A model generated the notes under the pieces. It ran no database searches, was not told where the DNA came from, and saw only the letters and a list, made by a program, of their open reading frames with translations. Both the position numbers and the translations under genes were made by a program. A DNA stretch of 60,617 nucleotides, the filler included, from a candidate division TA06 bacterium SM23_40 (lineage in GTDB: Bacteria > LJUI01 > SM1-40): assembly GCA_001303705.1 (NCBI GenBank). It is 6 parts of 6 records of this genome, joined end to end, with 100 filler letters (N's around TTAATTAATTAA, not from the genome) between each part and the next. Parts side by side here need not be neighbours in the genome. Positions count along the whole stretch, not along the records: positions 46,006 to 53,268 come from LJUI01000131.1; positions 53,369 to 60,617 come from LJUI01000132.1; 4 more parts are not named here. One strand, given 5' to 3'. This document shows, in pieces, positions 47,075 through 54,951 of the stretch (positions within the stretch are counted from its first letter, which is position 1; every line of letters starts with the position of its first letter).

Positions 47075-49936
47075 CTACCACTCCAGCTCTACGCCAGCCC
47101 AGACCTGCCTGCCAGGCCCCCAGTTCTGCGGGTCCATGTCGCGCGGCGTCCCATCCCCCTCGGGGGTCCCCGTATCGGTGTGGACGGTGAGCACGTTCCG
47201 CCGGTTGAAGACGTTCCTCACGTCCACGACGAATCCATAGTCGACGGGTCCGAAGGTGAAGTCCTTGTTGGCCCTGAGATCGACCGTATCGTTATACGGC
47301 ATGCGCGACGCGTTTTCGGTCTCGCCATATAGCCTGTTTCCGTCCTCGTCCGTCGCTGTATACGGCAGCCCGGTGTCGAACTGCCAGAGCACGTTCACAC
47401 CCCAGCGGTCCGGCATCCGCACGCCGCCGATCACCGGGCCCTGATCATCGGGAACGCGGAAGTCGAAGTTCACCATCAGCGAGTGCCGCCTATCCCAGTC
47501 GAGCGGGAACTCGCGAATCGGGAGCGGCCTGTTGTTGTAGTCGTAGTCGTAGTTCTGCCTGTCACTCGAGCTCTTCCCCTGGGCCCAGGAGAGCGTGTAG
47601 CTTGCCTCCGCCCAGGTGTAGTTGCTCCGCAGCTTCCGGAGCCTCACCTCAAGACCTCGGGCATTCCCATAGTCCTTGTTCGCGAAGACGTGTCCGTTCC
47701 GGGGAGCGACGCCTACCTCCTCGGCATCGACCAGTCCGCGATAGTCCTTGAAGAAACCGGTGAGCCCGACGCTGAACCTAGGTGAGACGTTGTGATCGAG
47801 ACCGAACTCGTAGCTGATCTGCTTCTCAACGTCGATCCCCGGGTTCCCGTACAGCTTGTATGCCGACGCCCCCTGGGACGCCCGCTGGTAGATGTACTGG
47901 AACTCTGGAACCTGCGAGTAGTGCCCGTAGTTGAAGCGAAGCCTGTCGTTCTCCGTGATCGGGTACGACACGCCGATACGAGGGCTGAGCCGCCCGCGCA
48001 GCTTCGTCTCCAGGGTATCGCCGGTGACAGGGTCGATCCACTCGCCCACCTGCTTACCGGGATACCAGAAGTCGTAGCGGAGCTGAGCGTTGATGATCAT
48101 CCCCTCTGTCTCGATCTTATCCTTGAGGAAGATCGCTGCTCCGATCGGCGTGCGCACATAGAAATCACGGAAGACGCCACGATCCGGCCAGGGTCCGGTA
48201 TCCGGATCGATGGACCGGTCGAAGTGCTCGTACGGATACTGGAGTTCCTGCATCTCGACGTCGTAGTATCGGATCTCGCCGCCGCCGACGATGAGGTGTT
48301 CCCGCGTGACCTGGCTCGTCACCTGCGCGATCCCCGTCCAGATCTCGGTCACACGGTCCTGCCAGACGGCCCACTGATCGAATCCGGTGTCGTAAAACCC
48401 GTCCTCGTCCCGAGTGTCGTCCCAGGCACCGTTCCCGGTGAAGTCATTGAACTCCTCATCCGAATCGTAGTCGCCGTTGAACCGGGCCAGGTCGACAAAC
48501 GGCTCACCCGTATCGTACAGGCCGTTACCGTTGAGATCGACAAACGGCTCGTCATCGTCGTGAATGCCGTTGTACCTCATGAGGTCGATATACGGTTCCT
48601 GGTCTCCGTCAAGCCCCGGACGGCCCGTGACGACCTGGAGCGGGTCATCGCTCGTCTCATCGTACTGATTGATCTGATACGGCAACAACCCGCCGGGGAG
48701 CCTCACACTCTGTGTTCTGTGTCGTCCCAGCCGGACCTCATAGAAGGTGTCGCTCGTGAGCGTATGGTTCCACGACAGCGCCGTCAGTCCGTCGTTGTCC
48801 TCCCTTTGGTAGGTCGTGCTCGGCGTGTATCGGAACGCATGTCGGTACGGGAGACGCCACTTGTACGCGTGGTGGTAGCTGAATGTCAGCTTCTTGGTCT
48901 GACTCGGATTCCTCCACGCGAGCTTCAGGCTGCCCGTATACTCGTTGTTCTGGCGGTCGCCGTACTGGATCCCGAAGCTCTTGTACACCGGCTGCCGGAG
49001 CTCAGGATAGGGCAGGTAGCCATCCGTCCACTCTCCCGTCCCGGCGAGGAAGTAGGTCACGTCGCCGGGGACCCTGACCCCCATTGCCGGGAGAAGCAGG
49101 GTGCTGATGGGCTCCGGACCACCGAGCGAGAACTCGACACGGTCACTGTTCTGCGAGAACTTGTTCAAGTCGGGAAGCAACAGATCATCGCTCTTGTACA
49201 GCAGGGTGCCCTCGTGTCTCCGGGAGCTTCCCTCTCGGGTGATCTGATTAATGATCCCCGACTGTGCCTCGCCGTACTCAGCACCGAACCCGCCGGTGAT
49301 GACCGTGAGCTCCTCCAGGGCGTTCCTGCCGAGATCGAGCCCGGAACCGCCTCCCACTGTGGGATCCTTCACCGGGATGCCATCCACCATGTAGGTGACC
49401 TCACCGCCGCGGCCGCCTCTGACGTGAATCTCTCCCAGCACTGGATCGCGCACAAAGCTCGTCTGCGCCTCTAGCGCATCGTCGATCGTGTTGATCGCCA
49501 TCACGTCGAGAGCCTCGCCGGTCATGACCTGTTTCGTCTCCGTGACATCATGCTCGATGAGGCGCAGGCCGTAGACCACGATCTCTGTCTCGAGGCCAAT
49601 CACGGTCTCAGACAGGTCGAAATCGACGTCTGCGGTCTCGTCGGTCCTGACGATGACATTCGTCTTCGTCTGGTCGACATACCCGATGTACCGTGCAAGG
49701 ACCTCATAGACACCTGGTGTCACGTTGATGATGTAGTACCTTCCTTCGGTATCCGTCATCGCTCCCATCTGGGTTCCCGCGATGAGGATGTTCGCGAATG
49801 GAAGAGGTTCTCCCGTACTCCGGTCGATCACTCTTCCCGCGATCTTCCCTGTAGTGCCCGCAATAGCGCCGTCCTCCATCGCCGACACCAACAGGAGCAC
49901 CATCAGGGACACTAGTAGGGCAAGTGCTTTCCTCAT
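47075..49936 (-). CDS. TonB-dependent receptor with an N-terminal carboxypeptidase-regulatory-like domain
   Basis: Signal peptide; GKIAGRVID..GEPLPFAN; plug HVRGGR..YMVDGIPV..TGGFGAEYG; SPRIGVSYPIT; NVFN..GRQVWAGVELEW. Confidence 0.93.
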   Translation of the reverse strand: MRKALALLVSLMVLLLVSAMEDGAIAGTTGKIAGRVIDRSTGEPLPFANILIAGTQMGAMTDTEGRYYIINVTPGVYEVLARYIGYVDQTKTNVIVRTDETADVDFDLSETVIGLETEIVVYGLRLIEHDVTETKQVMTGEALDVMAINTIDDALEAQTSFVRDPVLGEIHVRGGRGGEVTYMVDGIPVKDPTVGGGSGLDLGRNALEELTVITGGFGAEYGEAQSGIINQITREGSSRRHEGTLLYKSDDLLLPDLNKFSQNSDRVEFSLGGPEPISTLLLPAMGVRVPGDVTYFLAGTGEWTDGYLPYPELRQPVYKSFGIQYGDRQNNEYTGSLKLAWRNPSQTKKLTFSYHHAYKWRLPYRHAFRYTPSTTYQREDNDGLTALSWNHTLTSDTFYEVRLGRHRTQSVRLPGGLLPYQINQYDETSDDPLQVVTGRPGLDGDQEPYIDLMRYNGIHDDDEPFVDLNGNGLYDTGEPFVDLARFNGDYDSDEEFNDFTGNGAWDDTRDEDGFYDTGFDQWAVWQDRVTEIWTGIAQVTSQVTREHLIVGGGEIRYYDVEMQELQYPYEHFDRSIDPDTGPWPDRGVFRDFYVRTPIGAAIFLKDKIETEGMIINAQLRYDFWYPGKQVGEWIDPVTGDTLETKLRGRLSPRIGVSYPITENDRLRFNYGHYSQVPEFQYIYQRASQGASAYKLYGNPGIDVEKQISYEFGLDHNVSPRFSVGLTGFFKDYRGLVDAEEVGVAPRNGHVFANKDYGNARGLEVRLRKLRSNYTWAEASYTLSWAQGKSSSDRQNYDYDYNNRPLPIREFPLDWDRRHSLMVNFDFRVPDDQGPVIGGVRMPDRWGVNVLWQFDTGLPYTATDEDGNRLYGETENASRMPYNDTVDLRANKDFTFGPVDYGFVVDVRNVFNRRNVLTVHTDTGTPEGDGTPRDMDPQNWGPGRQVWAGVELEW

Positions 49937-50093
49937 GGTAACCTCTCCTCTCCAGAGTTTCCTCCCGGTGGTTGAGACCTGATACCTGCCCTCCGTTTCT
50001 CTCCTTCTCGCCTCTCCACCTCTTCCCGTTTTCCACCCCACTCAGACGGACGGGGCTCCCACACCTGTCCTCCAGCACGGAGAGGCGGAAACA

Positions 50094-50501
50094 TCATCGT
50101 TCGAACTTCGTCGTGAACGAAACACGCAACGCGAGTGCCTCTCTGAGCTGATCCATCACCTCGGAAACGACCCGATAGCGGGTCCTCCTGTCCGCCACGA
50201 GCGAGACAATGAGATTTGGATTCTCGGTGAGTTTGAGTGCAACGATTCCCCTGACCTGCGACGGGTTCACAGTGTAGTCATCGACCGATATCTGGCCGTC
50301 GGCGGCGATCCACAGATGTACGATGTTGCGCCGAGGGAGCCGCTCGGTCGCCTCTGCGACAGGCAGGAAGACCTTGAGGCCCTGCTCTGTTCGGAACACC
50401 GTGCTCACCATGAAGAAGATGATGAGCAGAAACGCTATATCCGCCATCGAGGCTGTTGGAATCGTCGCCCGGACACCACGACGCGGGGGAAGTCTCATCA
50501 T
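50094..50501 (-). CDS. exbD: ExbD/TolR family protein
   Basis: IPTASMADIAFLLIIFFMV. Confidence 0.93.
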   Translation of the reverse strand: MMRLPPRRGVRATIPTASMADIAFLLIIFFMVSTVFRTEQGLKVFLPVAEATERLPRRNIVHLWIAADGQISVDDYTVNPSQVRGIVALKLTENPNLIVSLVADRRTRYRVVSEVMDQLREALALRVSFTTKFER

Positions 50502-50917
50502 CCACCTTCCTCGCTCTGGCGTCGACCCGGCGCAAAACTGATCCGCGTCGCGTTGGCCAGTTTCAGTTCATCAAAGACATTGATCATATTCTCATAGGCG
50601 CTCTGGGGATGGGTTCTGATCGTAATGACGGCCTCAGGCCTCTCCTCAAGCTTGCCGGTCACAACCTCCCGGATGTCTTCCAGCGCTACCGGCTCGTTAT
50701 CGACCGTCACCAGCCCCTCGGCATCGATGTCGATCTTTATCATGTTCTCCGACTTGATGACCACCTTCTCCTGCGGCTCGGGCAGCGCGATGCGCAGGCC
50801 TTTGTCGATGCTGAAGATCGTCGCCGTCAGGAAGAAGATGATGAGCAGAAATGCGATATCTGCCATCGATGCCGTCGGGATCGTGGCCTCGCTCCGCTCA
50901 TGGCTGCCGATCCTCAT
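50498..50917 (-). CDS. exbD: ExbD/TolR family protein
   Basis: IPTASMADIAFLLIIFFLT; stop overlaps the start of the next gene. Confidence 0.93.
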   Translation of the reverse strand: MRIGSHERSEATIPTASMADIAFLLIIFFLTATIFSIDKGLRIALPEPQEKVVIKSENMIKIDIDAEGLVTVDNEPVALEDIREVVTGKLEERPEAVITIRTHPQSAYENMINVFDELKLANATRISFAPGRRQSEEGG

Positions 50918-51561
50918 TACTTCACCTTCCCTTCAGGGACGACGCACTCGACCGCCTCCATCTCCATCATCGTCTCGACCAGCCCATTGGCCGCCTCTTC
51001 CATATCCCGCGTATACCGGTTGATCGCATTGGTGAAGAAGACGTGGAACAGAGCGATCGGGATCGCCACCATGAGACCGCTTGCCGTGGTGACGAGTGCG
51101 ATGGAGATTCCGTCCGCAACGGCGACAGGATCAACCTCTCCGAGCTGCTTGATCGCATTGAACGCAACGATCATCCCTACGACGGTGCCGAGGAACCCGA
51201 TGAGGGGGGCTACATTGGCGATCGCAGCAAGTACGAGCATCCCCCGATCGAGAAACGCCAGCTCGGTCGCGGCTGCATTTGATAACGCCTCCTCGATAAG
51301 CTCCTTGCCCCGTCCGTGCCGTTCCAGTCCTGCCCTGAGAACCTTCGCCACGGGACTTGGCTTCTCGTCGCAGGTCGCGAGTGCCGCTTCGATCCCCTGG
51401 TTGGTCATGACAGTGCGCAGCTCGCCGAGGAACCTGCGTGGACTCAATCTGGCCCTGATCATCATAGTGTAGAAGCGTTCCAGGACATACATTACACCGA
51501 TGACCGCCAACGCCAGCAGGGGGTACATCGCCCAGCCGCCCTGATAGAAGTATTCGATCAC
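50917..51561 (-). CDS. exbB: MotA/TolQ/ExbB proton channel protein
   Basis: GGWAMYPL; APLIGFLGTVVGMI; GISIALVTTASGL; SD GGGAGGAG. Confidence 0.93.
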   Translation of the reverse strand: MIEYFYQGGWAMYPLLALAVIGVMYVLERFYTMMIRARLSPRRFLGELRTVMTNQGIEAALATCDEKPSPVAKVLRAGLERHGRGKELIEEALSNAAATELAFLDRGMLVLAAIANVAPLIGFLGTVVGMIVAFNAIKQLGEVDPVAVADGISIALVTTASGLMVAIPIALFHVFFTNAINRYTRDMEEAANGLVETMMEMEAVECVVPEGKVK

Positions 51562-51789
51562 CTTCTTGCTCCTCCCGTCTGTTGGACGTTCATCGCCTCC
51601 CGGTCCTCACAGGCTCACCCAATCAGCGTCTCTCCATAATATAAGAGCGCTTGTGGTCCGCTGACGCGCAAATAACGCTCTTCCGGGCATCCACGCCTCA
51701 AACTCCCAAAGCGCCCTATATGGCGCGTGTAGAGGATTTATGCCTTCAGTGCGCTATTTAGCGCATCTCCTCTCACGCCTGCCCATCAA

Positions 51790-51836
51790 CATAATTATCA
51801 CATAAACCTACACGCGTCAACACTTTTTTTCTTTTT
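51790..51836 (-). promoter_or_regulatory. Probable promoter region of the exbBDD-receptor operon
   Basis: A-tract (UP-like) followed by TTGACG and AT-rich TGATAATTATG on the minus strand; spacing is not ideal. Confidence 0.4.
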
Positions 51837-51838
51837 CG

Positions 51839-52177
51839 TCACCGGGAGAGACGCCCCAGAAACAGCCCCCCGACGAGGAGCGAGAAGACCCCCGAGAGGA
51901 AGATAAGCAGAGCTTCCAGAGCCCCGAACCGGTGGATGGAGGCGGCCAGATCGAGCGGAGAGGCAACGACTTGCCTAGTCGAAAATCCTACCTGCGTGAG
52001 ACGCACAACACTAGCCAGTAACAGGACAGCGGCCGCCGCCACCATCATCCTCCAGTGGGCGACGAGGCCACTCAGGTGCGCCAAATGGCGCAGCACCAGC
52101 GCGTAGGCCACAAGAGAGAAGGTTAGAATGAGCATGCCAGCCGTCATGATGAGTTCAGGCCGGATATCGATCCTCAT
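51839..52177 (-). CDS. Small membrane protein (3 TM)
   Basis: MRIDIRPEL start with ATGA overlap and SD GGGGGGA; three hydrophobic helices. Confidence 0.75.
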   Translation of the reverse strand: MRIDIRPELIMTAGMLILTFSLVAYALVLRHLAHLSGLVAHWRMMVAAAAVLLLASVVRLTQVGFSTRQVVASPLDLAASIHRFGALEALLIFLSGVFSLLVGGLFLGRLSR

Positions 52178-52536
52178 GCCTCTATCCCCCCTCTCGCACC
52201 GCGCGCCGCGACTCGGTAGAAGCGGAGTATGCCGATCAATGAGAATACGGATGAAGCAAAAAAGGTTACCGCTCCCGTCCACGCCTCTGGGGAACCCAAC
52301 CAGAGCTTTCCCTGTACGAATCGCGCGTACGCCTGAACCGCGGCGAAGAAGAGGAAGCCCATCGGTGCCACTACCAGATACCACCATCCGGTTCCCATGC
52401 GCAACGCGCGCTCATACCGCCTCGCCACGATGCCCAGACAGAGGAGGGCGATCCAGAGCATCAGCGCACCCAGGAGACTCACGGCGTTGCTCAGCGTCAC
52501 GTAGATGAGCTGCTCACCGCTGGTCAACCCGTACAT
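52174..52536 (-). CDS. Small membrane protein (3 TM)
   Basis: Overlaps both neighbours; three hydrophobic helices; SD GAGGAGG. Confidence 0.75.
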   Translation of the reverse strand: MYGLTSGEQLIYVTLSNAVSLLGALMLWIALLCLGIVARRYERALRMGTGWWYLVVAPMGFLFFAAVQAYARFVQGKLWLGSPEAWTGAVTFFASSVFSLIGILRFYRVAARGARGGIEA

Positions 52537-53210
52537 TCTGCCCTGGCCTCCTCGACTGCTTTCTTGAGATTCTCCCCCAGTTCCCGGGCCTTGGCCGAAC
52601 CGAAGAGAAGTTTTGCACCCCTCTCCAGCCGGTCGCAGAACTGCTCAACGCCCGCGACGCTCGGCTGCTCAGGATCGAGCCCCGTCTCCCTGATCGCGTT
52701 CTCCACGAGCCGCTCGCAAAATCCTCCAACGATGTCCGCAACTACTCGCGACAGAGCTGGCATCAGATCGGAGGAAAACGTGAGATGCTCCGGCAGCGCC
52801 GTCGCCGGCCGGGGCGCGGCGGCAGCTGCCCTGCCCTCCGCGCGGACATCAGCGGCCCCGGCGGCCAGTGCGACCGCCGGCCCGGCCCCCACCTCAGCCA
52901 CTCCGGGAGGGGGCACAACAACATCCTCGAACCGCCGGTAGTCTATGCCCCGCTTGACAAGAATGGCGATAACCCCTGTCTCTCCCACACGCACGAGCAG
53001 ATCTCTCTCGCTACCGCAGATCGTGAGCCACTCCACCCCCTCGAACGCAAGGATGGCCAGCGTCTCTCTGAGTACAACGGCAGCGCGCCGCGCCGCCTCA
53101 GAGGAAAGATCCTTCTCCTCCGAACGAAAGGCGAACGGCTTCGCCTCCCCTGACGCGAAGCAGGCAATCACCCCGGGTCTTCTGCCGACGTGTTCGAGCA
53201 GCGCCTCCAT
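52524..53210 (-). CDS. Roadblock/LC7 (MglB)-like protein with an Ala/Pro linker and a helical C-terminal domain
   Basis: Helix, PGVIACF beta-hairpin, helix, then three strands (EWLTICG, DLLVRV, VIAILV); SD GAGGGGG. Confidence 0.55.
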   Translation of the reverse strand: MEALLEHVGRRPGVIACFASGEAKPFAFRSEEKDLSSEAARRAAVVLRETLAILAFEGVEWLTICGSERDLLVRVGETGVIAILVKRGIDYRRFEDVVVPPPGVAEVGAGPAVALAAGAADVRAEGRAAAAAPRPATALPEHLTFSSDLMPALSRVVADIVGGFCERLVENAIRETGLDPEQPSVAGVEQFCDRLERGAKLLFGSAKARELGENLKKAVEEARAECTG

Positions 53211-53268
53211 CTCCCCCCTCCCTATGTCCCGCCCAACCCGAGCCGTCCGATCACCGCATGGACATGTG

Positions 53269-53368
53269 NNNNNNNNNNNNNNNNNNNNNNNNNNNNNNNN
53301 NNNNNNNNNNNNTTAATTAATTAANNNNNNNNNNNNNNNNNNNNNNNNNNNNNNNNNNNNNNNNNNNN
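53269..53368. other. Artificial contig linker
   Basis: N44-TTAATTAATTAA-N44. Confidence 0.99.
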
Positions 53369-53500
53369 CCAGCACCAGTATCCCGAGCACCACTATGCCC
53401 AGCACCAGTATCCCGAGCACCAGCATCGCGAACACCACTATCCTGAATACGACTGCCCCAAGCACTACTACCTCGAGCACCATGACCCCGAGTATCATCT
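53369..53500. repeat. 15-bp tandem repeat (about 9 copies) inside the oxidoreductase frame
   Basis: AGCACCAGTATCCCG / AGCACCACTATGCCC / AGCACCAGTATCCCG / AGCACCAGCATCGCG and similar. Confidence 0.88.
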
Positions 53501-54504
53501 TGAGACGTCTGCACACCCTCAGATCGATTGTGGTAGGTCACGAGGTAGACAAGGTGGCATCCATACTCGGAAGGAGGCACGAAGTTTGTGTGTTCGATCA
53601 CCGCGCCAAACGGCAGCCCCTCTTCGAGATTGAGCCAGTAGATCCCATCCAGGAGGCGCCGTTTCAGGCCGAGGAGAAGACAGGTGGTGCCCTGATATGA
53701 AGGGATCGGCAGTCCCGGGTCTTCCCTCGTGAGCCGAACGAGGCCCGATACCGCGACCGTGGCGACGACGACATCGGCAGGCTCGAACCCCTCATCGGTC
53801 TCCACACCGCGAACGACATCCCCCTCGATCACAATGCGCCGAACGGGCACGCCTCGCCGAATCTCGCCGCCCCGCGAGGTCATGAGACGGGCCATCCCCT
53901 CGAGGACCTGGCTCCATCCCCCGCACAGATAGGCGAGCCGCTCCCCCTTCAGAGAGCGGTGAGAGCGAATGGTCATTCGATTTATGAGCCAAGCGGCTGA
54001 GATGTCGCGATATCGCTCGCCCCACTTGAGCCTCAGCAGCGCCCGGAAGAATCGCTCGTACACCGCCTGACCGGCCACGTCGACCACCCAGTCGACCGCC
54101 GGAACATCGTCGTACTGCGAGAGATTATCGATCCCCCGCGCGTAGCGGACCATCTTACCGAGAGCGATCTTCTCTCTCAGGCTCAGGTGCGGAAACCGGA
54201 GCACCTCGAGCGGCGTGTTGAGGCGATAGTTCTCTCCCCCGACGCGGTAACCGACAGAGCTACGCAGCCACTCCAGCCGATCTGTCAGGCCGAGCCGGTC
54301 GATGAGAGTGAAGAGCTCCATATCCCCGTGAAAGAAGTGGTGGTAATACTTCTCCACCGCGGAGTCGCCGACACGGTAGCATCCGGCGAGGCCGCCGAGG
54401 TCGGCCTCCTCTTCCAACAGGAGGAGAGGACGGCCCAGCCCCAGACCGCACCCCAGGCCGGCCATTCCACCACCGATGATTATGATCCGATTATCATCGC
54501 GCAT
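53369..54504 (-). CDS. FAD-dependent oxidoreductase (amine oxidase/protoporphyrinogen oxidase-like; 3' truncated)
   Basis: IIIIGGGMAGL; LGGLA; EKYYHHFF; LKWG; YWLN..PFGAVIEHTNF. Confidence 0.9.
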
Positions 54505-54519
54505 CGCAGCCAAACTCTC

Positions 54520-54930
54520 ACGTGATATTCACCGCACGCGTGATCCTCACCGCGGTCGCCACGCTTGCTCAAGCCGTGATACTCACCCCGGTCCTGACAT
54601 TCGCTCCAGTCGTGATCTCGCCGTAGTCGAGATACTCACCCCGGTCCTGACATTCACTCCAGTCGTGACCTCGCTCTGGTCGTGATACTGACCCCAGTCG
54701 TCACATTCGCTCCAGTCGTGATCTCGCCGTAGTCGTGACACCCACCCCGGTCATGATGCTCACCGCCGTCGTACCATTCGCTGCGGTCGTGACATTCACC
54801 GGAGTGATGGCTCCCACCCTGCTCGTGACACCCACCCCGATCGTGATACCCACCCCGGTCGTAGCACCAACCCCCGTCGTGATGCGCATCGTCGTCGTAC
54901 CCTTCCCCGGAGCCGTGACATTCACTGCAG
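54520..54930. repeat. Degenerate 18-bp tandem array (about 22 units) with a 53-bp higher-order repeat
   Basis: Consensus GTGATACTCACCCCGGTC; 18+18+17 blocks begin at 54578, 54631 and 54684. Confidence 0.88.
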
Positions 54931-54951
54931 CACACCCCTCCCACCTCGTGA

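Noticed and set aside
51788-51812. Fur box or dif site upstream of exbB
   Set aside because: Only a partial TGATAATTAT match; no full 19-bp Fur palindrome and no XerC arm
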